Below, one piece after another: positions 27,672 to 37,384 of a DNA stretch of 64,000 nt. The stretch's first letter is position 1. Each line of letters begins with the position of its first letter. The stretch comes from Cyanobacteria bacterium auto_48_18. GTDB lineage: Bacteria; Cyanobacteriota; Vampirovibrionia; Obscuribacterales; Obscuribacteraceae. The notes under the pieces are model-generated. The model made no database searches and was not told the DNA's origin. It saw nothing but the letters and a program-made list of their open reading frames with translations. A program made the position numbers and the translations under genes. The stretch covers positions 96,001 through 160,000 of the forward strand of contig JAVHQC010000033.1 of the NCBI GenBank assembly GCA_036170915.1, written 5' to 3'.

Positions 27672-30600
27672 TTATGCCGGTTTGGCTGTATAGTTTGCCA
27701 CCATTGCGCCTAAGAGTTCATCGAGCAAGTCGAGTTGATCTTCAGGGTCATCGCCTTGCGATTTAACCAGAATGTATGGGCTTGAACCCTGACCACCAGC
27801 GATACCAGGCTTGTATGTGGTGCGGCTGGCCAGATGCTTGGGCAGGCGGTTCTGAATAGGAATCCACTGTTGCAAGCGGAAAGGTACGTAGAGTCTCAAG
27901 CCTTGCATATCAGGTTTAATCGATTGAACGTTAGCAGCGCTTGCCACCAGGCGCAGTTTTACAACTTTTGTTAGTTGTTCGGTCTCTTTTGGAATGGTGC
28001 CGAAGCGGTCGCGCCATTCATCCAAAAGCATACTCAGTTCACGATTTGACTTAACATCAGCCAGGCGTTTATATTCGATTAGTCTTTGTTCGTTGTCTTC
28101 TATATAAGATTCAGGAATGAAGGCAGTAACGTTGATATCAACTGCGGTATCAGCCTCGATTACAGGGGCTTCGCCTTTCAGCTCCGCAACTGATTCTTCT
28201 AAGATTTTGCAGTAAAGCTCGAAGCCTACTGAAATCATATGCCCGTGCTGTTCGGATCCCAGAATATTACCGACGCCTCTAATTTCCATATCGCGCAAAG
28301 CAATTTGATAACCAGAACCAAGCGATGTAAATTCGCGAATCGCTTTAAGACGTCCTTGTGCTTGCTCCGACAGTACTTTCGAAGGTGTGTAGAGGCAGTA
28401 GGCATAGGCCTGCACGTCAGAGCGGCCCACCCGTCCACGCAGCTGGTACATTTGCGCCAGACCCAATTTGTCTGCATCATTAATGATGATGGTGTTGGTG
28501 TTGGGAATGTCGAGACCAGATTCAATAATGGTGGTGCAAACAAGCACATCGTATTCGTGAGCAAAGAAAGCAAGCATGACATTTTCAAGATCGCGCTCGT
28601 TCATCTGACCGTGACCGATGCCGATGCGGGCTTCAGGCACCAGTTGCTTCACTTCAAAGGCAATTTGCTCGATATTTTCCACACGGTTGTGAACGAAATA
28701 AACTTGTCCGCCGCGTTCCATCTCATGCAAAATTGCAGTACGTACCAGAGGCAGTTTGTATTCGCCCACAAATGTTTTAATTGGTGCCCGGTTAATTGGC
28801 GGCGTATTAATCTGAGACATGTCGCGCGCGCCAGAGAGAGCCATATAGAGCGTACGAGGAATTGGCGTGGCCGACATCGTCATTACGTCGACCATCACTC
28901 TCAATTGTTTTAGTTTCTCTTTGTGAGCAACGCCGAATCTTTGCTCTTCGTCGATAACTACCAGACCGAGATCTTTAAAGGCAATATCTTTCTGCAACAT
29001 GCGGTGAGTGCCGATGACCACATCGCATTCTCCGGTGCCCAGACGTCTGGCCACTTCTCTTTGCTCTTTAGCTGTACGGAAGCGCGATAGCAAGCCAACT
29101 TTAATCGGATATGGTGCAAAGCGCTCGGCCATGGTGTTGTAGTGCTGTTGGGCAAGGATTGTGGTGGGCACAAGAATTGCCACTTGCTTGCCTGACATTA
29201 CTGTTTTGAACACGCCACGAATAGCAACTTCAGTTTTGCCGAAACCAACGTCTCCGCAAATTAAGCGATCCATCGGTTTATTCGATTCTAGATCGCCTTT
29301 CATGTCTTGAATGGCTTGCCACTGGTCAGGAGTTTCTTCGTAAGGGAAAGCTTCTTCCATCTCGTACTGCCACGGTGTATCGGGCGTGCACTGGAAACCT
29401 TCTTGCTTAGCGCGAATGGCATATAAGTTGACCAGATCTTCGGCCACTTGTTTGACCGATTTTTTAACTCTACGCTTAGTCGATTCCCACTCGGCACCAC
29501 CAAGCCTCGAAAGTCTCGGCGGGTTGTCGCCGGCACCGCGATAACGAGAAAGTAAATTGATTTGATCAACCGGCACATAGAGTTTATCTTCACCGGCATA
29601 TTGCACGGCTAAAAATTCTCGTTGCTGAGAGTCGACATTGATTCTGGTGACACCAATAAACTGACCGATGCCGTGCTTCATGTGCACCACATAGTCGCTC
29701 ACTTTGAGATCGGCTACTGAAGTGAAGCGCTCATAGTTTTTCTCGGCTACTGGTCTTCTATAAACAGTGGGTTTGCGTTTGACACCAAACATTTCGGCGT
29801 CGGTTACTGATACCAGATTGATGTCGTTTAGTTTGAAACCATGGGTAAAACCATGGCGACACACCCAGACTACAGGCCCACTTTCCGGCGTGGTGCCCTT
29901 TAAGGCATCAGCTCCCGGCATTTTACCTGACAGCGCATCATCTAAAGCCGAAATTGAAAGAGAGGGCGGCTTAGCACTGCCTGGGCCAATTGGTCCGGCA
30001 CCAGAGCTGAGGCCGGTTTTGGACGGATCTCCAGCACCATTTTCTTCTACTGGTGTAATGTGACTGTCAAGGCTGTCGTCGCTCTGCGAAAGATAAGCGG
30101 CTGGACAATCCCATTCTTTCATGATGCCGAGCAAGCGCTGCGGCTGTTCGGTTGAAATCAGTACGTTCAGGCCTTCACGGCGCCATGAACGCACTTTTTC
30201 AGCCATGACTTCAATTTGATTGCCGAAACGTTCGACCGGTTGGCAATCAAAATTCACCACAGATGGTGAACCGGCTTCTGCATCCATTGCCAGTGGCAGA
30301 GTCGATACGTAAATTCGCTGATGGGGTTTTAGTTGCTCGGTCACTTCACGAGCGCTCAAGTGCAATGGTCTTGGTAGCGGCAACAAGCGACCGGTCTCGA
30401 GCCCTTCCTTAAAAGCGTTGTCGAGTTTTTCTTGATAAGAAGATAGGGCGGCAAGCAATGTGTCCCATTCATCTAATACGATCAAACTATTGGGTTTGAT
30501 GTAATCGCAAATGGTGGCAAATTGATTGTGTACATATGGCGCGTAATATTCAACCGATTCCGGATAGCGGCCAGCAGCCAGAGCTTCCAGATCGCTTTCC

Positions 30601-31445
30601 ATTACCGTTCTTAGTGTTTCGGCTGATGATTCGGATAATTTTGAGGCTGCTTCTTCTGTCACCGCGCGCAGTGTATCAACAAGTACAAGTCTTGCCTCTT
30701 CGCTCTGCTCGGCGACAATCCACCAGCGCGGCACAATCAAACAAGTCTCTAATGTTTCAATAGAACGCTGCGTATCAATATTGAAGACGCGCATCGATTC
30801 AATTTCATCACCGAATAATTCAATTCTGAAAGGTGATCCGCACGAGGGATAAATATCGACAATATCGCCTCTGACACTAAACTCACCGCGCAGCGTCACC
30901 AGCGATTCTCTTGAATAACCAAGATTGGCCAGTCGTCGGGCCACTTCTTGAGTATCAATGGTTTCGCCGACGCTTAGTCGCAGACAATTTTCTGCTAATT
31001 GTTCTGGTGCTAAAACTCGCTGGCTCAGGGCGCGAGCGGTGACAACACAGATGAAGGGATCTTGTGGACGTTCCTGACAGTGCCGCAATACTTCCAGCTG
31101 AGCGGCAATATTGTCAGGGCTCGACAGTACTTGTTCGTATGGTGAAACTTCAGAACTGGGATAGACATAAATTGGATACTTACTTAAATTGGTAAGCTCC
31201 TGGTGATATCGTGCGCCCGTATGGTTGTCTTGCACCACCAGGAAAATGGACCTTTTTGTCTCGTGACTCAATACTGAGAGTACAAGCGACTTTGCTGAGT
31301 CAGTCAGCCCTGTCAAATTGAGCTCGCCTGTACCACCTTTCGCTGTTCGAGCGAGAAGTCGCGCATATTGCGGGCTTGAGATAAAGAGCTGGTGCAGTTT
31401 CGCTGCGAGGTTGCTGTTGCGCATTTGTGGCGGGATCCCTATCAC
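27672..31445 (-). CDS. mfd: Transcription-repair coupling factor
   Basis: RGDIVDIYP, VVHMKHGIG, CGDVGFGKTEVA, DEEQRFGV, SATPIPRTL, QLRGRVGRS, DMEIRGVG. Confidence 0.98.
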   Translation of the reverse strand: MIGIPPQMRNSNLAAKLHQLFISSPQYARLLARTAKGGTGELNLTGLTDSAKSLVLSVLSHETKRSIFLVVQDNHTGARYHQELTNLSKYPIYVYPSSEVSPYEQVLSSPDNIAAQLEVLRHCQERPQDPFICVVTARALSQRVLAPEQLAENCLRLSVGETIDTQEVARRLANLGYSRESLVTLRGEFSVRGDIVDIYPSCGSPFRIELFGDEIESMRVFNIDTQRSIETLETCLIVPRWWIVAEQSEEARLVLVDTLRAVTEEAASKLSESSAETLRTVMESDLEALAAGRYPESVEYYAPYVHNQFATICDYIKPNSLIVLDEWDTLLAALSSYQEKLDNAFKEGLETGRLLPLPRPLHLSAREVTEQLKPHQRIYVSTLPLAMDAEAGSPSVVNFDCQPVERFGNQIEVMAEKVRSWRREGLNVLISTEQPQRLLGIMKEWDCPAAYLSQSDDSLDSHITPVEENGAGDPSKTGLSSGAGPIGPGSAKPPSLSISALDDALSGKMPGADALKGTTPESGPVVWVCRHGFTHGFKLNDINLVSVTDAEMFGVKRKPTVYRRPVAEKNYERFTSVADLKVSDYVVHMKHGIGQFIGVTRINVDSQQREFLAVQYAGEDKLYVPVDQINLLSRYRGAGDNPPRLSRLGGAEWESTKRRVKKSVKQVAEDLVNLYAIRAKQEGFQCTPDTPWQYEMEEAFPYEETPDQWQAIQDMKGDLESNKPMDRLICGDVGFGKTEVAIRGVFKTVMSGKQVAILVPTTILAQQHYNTMAERFAPYPIKVGLLSRFRTAKEQREVARRLGTGECDVVIGTHRMLQKDIAFKDLGLVVIDEEQRFGVAHKEKLKQLRVMVDVMTMSATPIPRTLYMALSGARDMSQINTPPINRAPIKTFVGEYKLPLVRTAILHEMERGGQVYFVHNRVENIEQIAFEVKQLVPEARIGIGHGQMNERDLENVMLAFFAHEYDVLVCTTIIESGLDIPNTNTIIINDADKLGLAQMYQLRGRVGRSDVQAYAYCLYTPSKVLSEQAQGRLKAIREFTSLGSGYQIALRDMEIRGVGNILGSEQHGHMISVGFELYCKILEESVAELKGEAPVIEADTAVDINVTAFIPESYIEDNEQRLIEYKRLADVKSNRELSMLLDEWRDRFGTIPKETEQLTKVVKLRLVASAANVQSIKPDMQGLRLYVPFRLQQWIPIQNRLPKHLASRTTYKPGIAGGQGSSPYILVKSQGDDPEDQLDLLDELLGAMVANYTAKPA

Positions 31446-31621
31446 CTGGTGCCAAATCGATCTCTGGTTTCAAAACCGTGCCTTCACTGCAAAAAGTGCG
31501 GGCATCAGTAGTATTTTGCCGATTTGGGAAAGAGGCATTTTACCATTTTGGTCTCGCGACAAACTACACGTGTAACGGGCTCTAAAGGGTTACATCTTGT
31601 ATTATTGCTATAAATTGTAGG

Positions 31622-33055
31622 ATGGAGACGCGAGTGCGAAAACGAGCAAGGCTGAGTTTGAGCCTGGTCACGGCCATTAACCTGGCTTTTAGTGCCGCCA
31701 CTTTGCTTGCTTTAGCTGAGGGTGCCCGTTATCGCCCAGATACAGAACCGCATATGGAGCAGGGCATCAAATTTTTGCGTGCCAAACAGCTCGACCAGGC
31801 ACGTAAGGAATTCGACACTGTAGTCAAGATGGAGCCGTCCATTCCTGATGCCTACAACAATATCGGCCTCTCCTATGCCTACGAAAACAACGTCAACAAA
31901 GCAATTCAATATTATCGCAAGGCTCTAAGCATCGAGCCTCTCTACGTGCCGTCTTTGAACAATCTTGGGCTTGTGCTCTACTCCACCGGCAAGGCTGAAG
32001 AGGCTCTCTATTACTGGCGTTTATGCCTCAAACTTTCAGGGGGCAATGAGCCCGACTTACATTATTATGCTGCTAATGCCATGCGCGACGTGGGTCAGAA
32101 GACTGAAGCGCGTGAGCATTATCTGCAGGCCATTAAGATGAAACCGTCTCATGCAGCCGCTCACAGTGGTCTGGCGGCGCTTGATCTTGGCGAAGGCCGA
32201 CTGGATGAGGCTTTCACCGAGGTCAATAAAGCCATAGCCCTTAAACCTGACTCGGCCTTTAGTTATTATCATTTAGGCTTGATTGAAGAGCGTAGACGTA
32301 ATGTCGGCGCTGCCATAAAGGCTTTTGAGACTTCGCTCAAATATGAGAATGTGCCTAAGTACGCGCAAGAGACTCGCAGCCGCATTGCTAAGCTGAGCGG
32401 TCAACCGACGGCTAATGACCCAAATCAGAATGCACAGCAGGGCAGCAATCAAAATAATGACCTCGCCGCCCGTCAAGACCTTTTGCGTCAGCACGCTCAG
32501 ACGGCCATGAAGCACCGGGCCTGGTCGGAAGCCAGCAAAGATTTAGAGACATTAATCAAAGGTGGCGGGGGCGATGACCCTGTGCTTTTGAACAATCTCG
32601 GGCTCTGTCAAGCCAATCTCAATCAACCTGCTAAGGCTGTGGAAAGTTATCGCAAGGCCTTAATGTTGAAGCGCGACGGTTTTCCTGAGGCTCAATTCAA
32701 TTTAGGCATGGCCCTGCGCAGGCTTGGTGATAATGCGGGAGCTGAAGCGGCTTTTCGTAAGACCATAATTGACTCAAGTTTGGTCAAGAAAACCAATCCG
32801 CTGGCTCAGAATATGCTGGGCATTATTTTGCGCGAGCGTGGCGATTACAGCGGCGCAGACAAAGCATTTCGCAAGGCGATTTTGCAGTCAGGTGGTGACG
32901 TTCCGGTGGCGCACTACAATCTAGGCGTTCTGCTTGAGAGAATAGAACGTAGTCGTGAGGCCGTTTCTGAATACAAGACCTATCTTAAGCTGGCACCAAA
33001 AGGCAAGAATGCAGCCATGGCCAGGCAGCGGCTCAAGCGTTTGACCGGAATGTAG
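31622..33055 (+). CDS. Exported TPR protein
   Basis: N-terminal hydrophobic segment, multiple AYNNIG/NNLG/YNLG TPR units. Confidence 0.9.
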   Translation: METRVRKRARLSLSLVTAINLAFSAATLLALAEGARYRPDTEPHMEQGIKFLRAKQLDQARKEFDTVVKMEPSIPDAYNNIGLSYAYENNVNKAIQYYRKALSIEPLYVPSLNNLGLVLYSTGKAEEALYYWRLCLKLSGGNEPDLHYYAANAMRDVGQKTEAREHYLQAIKMKPSHAAAHSGLAALDLGEGRLDEAFTEVNKAIALKPDSAFSYYHLGLIEERRRNVGAAIKAFETSLKYENVPKYAQETRSRIAKLSGQPTANDPNQNAQQGSNQNNDLAARQDLLRQHAQTAMKHRAWSEASKDLETLIKGGGGDDPVLLNNLGLCQANLNQPAKAVESYRKALMLKRDGFPEAQFNLGMALRRLGDNAGAEAAFRKTIIDSSLVKKTNPLAQNMLGIILRERGDYSGADKAFRKAILQSGGDVPVAHYNLGVLLERIERSREAVSEYKTYLKLAPKGKNAAMARQRLKRLTGM

Positions 33056-33173
33056 GCAAAAGCTAAATTTGCGCGCTTTCTGAGCTGAATCTGAGGTGAG
33101 GATCTCTTCATGTTTTCTGTACATATAGAAATGGTTGCCAACAGAGCGGCCATCCATATAGTAAAATCAGAAA

Positions 33174-34322
33174 ATGACTGCAGTAGATACATCTGAAATG
33201 ACCACGGCCGAAGCCGTCGAAGCCGTTTGCGCGGTTGCATCGAAGCGCCCTGTTTCAGAGCCTGATGCCACAAAAACGCGAGTGGCAGTGCTAATGAGTG
33301 GTGGAGTAGACTCGAGTGCTACTGCCATGCTCATGATTAAGGCCGGTTATGAAGTTGTTGGTGTCACTGGTTGGTTGATCAAATCAGGCAGCCGCTGTTG
33401 CGATACTGGAATGGTTGATGCCGCTCGTGTTTGCGAACAGCTAGGCATTGAACATCATGCTGTTGATTTGCGAGAATTATTCAAGAGCGAAATTATCGAT
33501 CAGTTTCACGAGTCTTATGCGCGTGCGAAAACGCCTTTGCCATGCAGTGTCTGCAACACTTTAATTAAGTGGGGCGCGTTGCTTCGCTATAGTCAAAAAA
33601 TTCTGAAAGCCAGATATATTGCCACTGGCCACTATGGCCGAGTGGTCGAAACCGAAGACGGATTCAGGCTAGCGCGAGCCAAAGATCCGAAAAAAGATCA
33701 GTCGTACGTGCTCTGGGGTTTGACCATGGAGCAATTAAAGTCTACTTTGTTGCCGCTGGGCGAATACGACAAAGACGAAATTCGTGCCATTGCCGAAGGT
33801 GGCGGTTTAGTTACGGCCAATAAGCCAGACAGCCAAGATCTTTGCTTTATTCCGCGCGGCACCACTACTCAACAATATCTTGGTAATTTTCTTCAAGTAG
33901 AACCAGGGCCAATTGTTCACACCGTCAATGGTGAGATGTTGGGTCAGCACCAAGGCACCTTCAATTACACGATCGGACAACGCAAAGGCCTCGGAATCGC
34001 TTATCACGAAGCGCTCTACGTTACTTCTATTGATCCTGATACCCGCACTGTTTATGTAGGACCGCCTGAGGCGCTTTTACGTAAGGAGTTAACGGCATCG
34101 GCGGCTAACTGGTTAATGGAGACACCACCTGTAGAGTCATTCGAAGGTCTAGCAAAAATTCGCTACAACTCTAAAGCTGAACCGGCAACGATTTACCCTT
34201 TGCCTGATGCTCAAATTCGTGTGGTTTTTCATGAACCACAACCGGCGATTACTCCAGGGCAGGTACTCGGCATATACGATTTGACCGATACCTATATGCT
34301 TGGTGGTGGCTGGATCGACTGA
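33174..34322 (+). CDS. mnmA: tRNA 2-thiouridine(34) synthase
   Basis: MSGGVDSS, PCSVCN, ATGHY, KDQSY, DSQDLCF, YTIGQRKG, TPGQ. Confidence 0.97.
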   Translation: MTAVDTSEMTTAEAVEAVCAVASKRPVSEPDATKTRVAVLMSGGVDSSATAMLMIKAGYEVVGVTGWLIKSGSRCCDTGMVDAARVCEQLGIEHHAVDLRELFKSEIIDQFHESYARAKTPLPCSVCNTLIKWGALLRYSQKILKARYIATGHYGRVVETEDGFRLARAKDPKKDQSYVLWGLTMEQLKSTLLPLGEYDKDEIRAIAEGGGLVTANKPDSQDLCFIPRGTTTQQYLGNFLQVEPGPIVHTVNGEMLGQHQGTFNYTIGQRKGLGIAYHEALYVTSIDPDTRTVYVGPPEALLRKELTASAANWLMETPPVESFEGLAKIRYNSKAEPATIYPLPDAQIRVVFHEPQPAITPGQVLGIYDLTDTYMLGGGWID

Positions 34323-34412
34323 AGCTTAAAAAGCAGCTGAACCGGCCGATTGAGGCAGTTTAGTGATTGCGAAGCGGCTATTTATCTTTTATAATGAACA
34401 AAACACGACGCT

Positions 34413-35771
34413 ATGGGTGGTGCGCTTTTCATGTTCAAGAAGTATTGTCTCTCGCTTGCCATGGTTCCAGTAATGCTGGCATCATTGCTGCTTCCTTTAG
34501 ATGCTGAGGCTCGCAAGCATTCATCGAGCTCAGTTTCCAGAACTTCTCACTCAACTAAAAAAAGCACAGCAAAATCTGCCAGAAGTCGCGGTTCGCGAAC
34601 AGTGGTGGCACAAAAATCTTCCAGCCGCCGGGGTAAATCGCGCACTCGTGTCGTTGCTTCATCAAGGCAATCTCGTTCGCGCCGCGGTCATGTGGCTCAC
34701 GCTTCAAGGCACCACGCTGTCGCCCATGCTGCTCCGAAGCCTCGTTATGCTTACCCGCTGGGCATTTTTATGCGCAATCCACCAGCTTTTGATACCAGCC
34801 CCCTTGATGTTCAAAATGCCAATCACATAGCTTCTGCTTTTGAGAACGGTTCGGCCAACACATACGCAGCTCGAGTACTGGTGCGTGCCGGTGTAGTCAA
34901 ATATCACCCACTTCGTGGTGGCATTTTTTGGCGCCGCGAACCGGTTAAATACATCATTATGCACTCTACTGAAACCGGCGTTCCTATTGGTGCTGTGCGC
35001 GTCATAGAAAGCTGGAGCTCAATGGGCATGCGCCATCCGGGTGCTCAATATGTAGTAGAGAGAGACGGCACCATTTATCAAGCCGTTGATCCAGATCTGG
35101 CCACTGTGCACATCAACATTTTCAAAACTTTGCCTGGTATCAATAACGACAATAGTATTGGTATCGAGATGTGCCATACCGGTTCGCAAAATTATCCACA
35201 AGCACAGTTGCATGCAGTCACCCGTCTCGTTGGCTATTTGCAAAGTCGCTATAACGTTGGCGATGAGAATATCATCACGCACCGCTACGCTCAGCAAGGC
35301 GATCATACTGACCCCGTTAATTTTGATTGGTCAGGTTTCATTGCCACTAAAAATGGTTTCCGTAACCAGGCTATTGCCTACCGCTCGCACAAAATCAAAG
35401 AAGATTCCAAACATTGGAAGCGTGAAGTGGAAGTTCCGGTCAATACTTATATGAAGCCGCACACGCAACTAAGTAAACCCACGGGCTTAGCACCAGGCCA
35501 GTCACCTGCTGTGGTGCCAAGCATTGTGCCAAACGTGGTGCCTGCGGCAGTTCCATCTGTAGTACCAGCAGCTGCTCCAGCAGTGGTACCAGGTGTAGCA
35601 CCTAAACCTGGCAGCGATTATATCGAAGTGCCCGTGCCTGAACCAAGCCAAGCTGATCCAACCAGCGTAACTGACCGCACGCCAGTTGCTCCACCAGTTA
35701 AAACTGACAGACCACCAAGTGGTGCGTTAGGTGCTCCTGGAAGTGCCCCGTTGCCCGGCGAAGATATTTAA
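34413..35771 (+). CDS. N-acetylmuramoyl-L-alanine amidase (Amidase_2) with basic N-terminal linker and Pro/Val-rich tail
   Basis: YIIMHSTE, YVVERDGTIYQ, NDNSIGIEM, IITHR, HTDP; start may be 34431. Confidence 0.88.
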   Translation: MGGALFMFKKYCLSLAMVPVMLASLLLPLDAEARKHSSSSVSRTSHSTKKSTAKSARSRGSRTVVAQKSSSRRGKSRTRVVASSRQSRSRRGHVAHASRHHAVAHAAPKPRYAYPLGIFMRNPPAFDTSPLDVQNANHIASAFENGSANTYAARVLVRAGVVKYHPLRGGIFWRREPVKYIIMHSTETGVPIGAVRVIESWSSMGMRHPGAQYVVERDGTIYQAVDPDLATVHINIFKTLPGINNDNSIGIEMCHTGSQNYPQAQLHAVTRLVGYLQSRYNVGDENIITHRYAQQGDHTDPVNFDWSGFIATKNGFRNQAIAYRSHKIKEDSKHWKREVEVPVNTYMKPHTQLSKPTGLAPGQSPAVVPSIVPNVVPAAVPSVVPAAAPAVVPGVAPKPGSDYIEVPVPEPSQADPTSVTDRTPVAPPVKTDRPPSGALGAPGSAPLPGEDI

Positions 35772-35783
35772 GTTTGCGGGTGT

Positions 35784-36647
35784 GTGAGTAAGGTAAGGAA
35801 ACGCCTTTTGTATGAAGTCCTATTTGTAGTAGGGCTTTGGGCTATCCTATCTCCACTTGTAGCAATGCCGCTCTACGAGCGCCTTTTGTTCTTTCCAGAC
35901 AAATCGGATCCAGTGAAAGTCTTAGGACTGTTTCGCGATGATCCCAGGTTGCTTTGTGATTCTTGCGAGCAAATTTCTTTTTATAATGGTCCACAAGTTA
36001 AGCTCGAGGGGTTGTTCTTTAAAAAGAAAGCGGCAACAAGAACAGTTTTGGTCAGTCATGGCAATGGCGGAAACCTGGGTCACCGTGCCGTTCTTGCATC
36101 AGCTCTGCTAAAGTCTGGCTGCTCAGTTTTGCTATATGATTATGAAGGTTATGGCAATTCGCAAGGCACGCCAACTGTTCGCAGCGCTGTAGATGACGCG
36201 TGTGGTGCTTTCGATTATTTGACGACCGTGCAAAACGTTAATCCTGCGCACATAGTCGTCTATGGTGAATCGCTAGGAGCAGGCGTGACCTCTGAGCTTA
36301 GTCGAAAGCGTCCTGTTTCTGCCATGATTTTGCAATCAACTTTTCCAGCATTAACCTGGGCCGCGCATGATCGTCTCTGGTTTACCTGGCTTTATCCGAG
36401 CAGCTGGTTTCAAGAACTTGACTGTCTCGCGGCGGTGCGTTCTTCAACGACACCGCTGCTGGTTATACACGGAACAGAAGATCCCATCTTTCCGGTACGC
36501 TATGCCGAGATTGTGTACAAGCAAAGTCAAAAACAGAAAGGTAGGCAAAGTACGCTTGCTATTATTCCGGGCATGAATCATAACCTTGAAGACAGTAATA
36601 ATCCTGGGTATCTGGCAGCATTACGCGAGTTTTTAAAAGAACTATGA
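35784..36647 (+). CDS. Alpha/beta hydrolase (ABHD13/17-like)
   Basis: HGNGGN, DYEGYGNSQG, GESLG, IHGTED, MNHN. Confidence 0.92.
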   Translation: MSKVRKRLLYEVLFVVGLWAILSPLVAMPLYERLLFFPDKSDPVKVLGLFRDDPRLLCDSCEQISFYNGPQVKLEGLFFKKKAATRTVLVSHGNGGNLGHRAVLASALLKSGCSVLLYDYEGYGNSQGTPTVRSAVDDACGAFDYLTTVQNVNPAHIVVYGESLGAGVTSELSRKRPVSAMILQSTFPALTWAAHDRLWFTWLYPSSWFQELDCLAAVRSSTTPLLVIHGTEDPIFPVRYAEIVYKQSQKQKGRQSTLAIIPGMNHNLEDSNNPGYLAALREFLKEL

Positions 36648-36946
36648 CAGACGATAGCGTAAATGCTTTGATTAGAGACATGGCGGCTATCCGGCTTGGT
36701 ACGCTCGCCTTCAATCTTGGTGCCATTGCCTGGATAGCGTTGAACACGCAATTTGGCAGTGGCGGAGCAAGCTTCCAACCGGGCTGTTATCTAACTCCCA
36801 ACATCGTCAACGTGGTAGCGGCACTGGTGCTACTATACAGTGGTTATCTCGCATGCTTGGCTATCAAGAAAGGTAGCTTAATACCTGCCTTTCTCACTTT
36901 AACTTTTATATTTGCGATGCTTGCAACACTTATGCGCGAAATATGA
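36644..36946 (+). CDS. Small membrane protein
   Basis: ATGA overlap with the hydrolase; three hydrophobic segments. Confidence 0.6.
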   Translation: MTDDSVNALIRDMAAIRLGTLAFNLGAIAWIALNTQFGSGGASFQPGCYLTPNIVNVVAALVLLYSGYLACLAIKKGSLIPAFLTLTFIFAMLATLMREI

Positions 36947-37377
36947 CTGCACTGCTTCTGTTGACAGCGATTGTTTTTATTAAGGCATCTATGGTGCAAG
37001 CACTTTGTGCTAGGGCCGATATCGCAGATACTGAAAAAGAACAGAAGCGCGCGCGGCGCATTGCTCTCATCGCCTGCGTGGTACCAGCTCTCGCTACGGT
37101 TGTCCTGGCTGCTCTTTGTATTCCCCTTGGTATAGATATAGGCAATAAGCCGGTCACTGGCGACACATATTCTACCTTCGGTAACTGCGCTCTTTTCTTG
37201 CCCTTATATTTTGCCTGGATAAGCGACTTTGTCATCACAGTAGTGTGCTGGACTAATTACAAAGACATGAAAATAAATCAGCCTTTCACAGCGGTCTGCC
37301 TGGCCTATGTAGTCATCGTTATTTTTGAATATACAACCACTGCTGGTGCAGTAGTTATGGCCAATCCAGCACGGTGA
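36943..37377 (+). CDS. Small membrane protein
   Basis: ATGA overlap; four hydrophobic segments. Confidence 0.6.
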   Translation: MTALLLLTAIVFIKASMVQALCARADIADTEKEQKRARRIALIACVVPALATVVLAALCIPLGIDIGNKPVTGDTYSTFGNCALFLPLYFAWISDFVITVVCWTNYKDMKINQPFTAVCLAYVVIVIFEYTTTAGAVVMANPAR

Positions 37378-37384
37378 AGCGCTT

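Noticed and set aside
28239..28913. 224-aa plus-strand ORF
   Set aside because: Entirely antisense to conserved mfd helicase motifs; a shadow ORF with no recognisable features.
29875..30090. Intein in Mfd
   Set aside because: No C-terminal HN followed by C/S/T and no splicing-block motifs; low complexity only.
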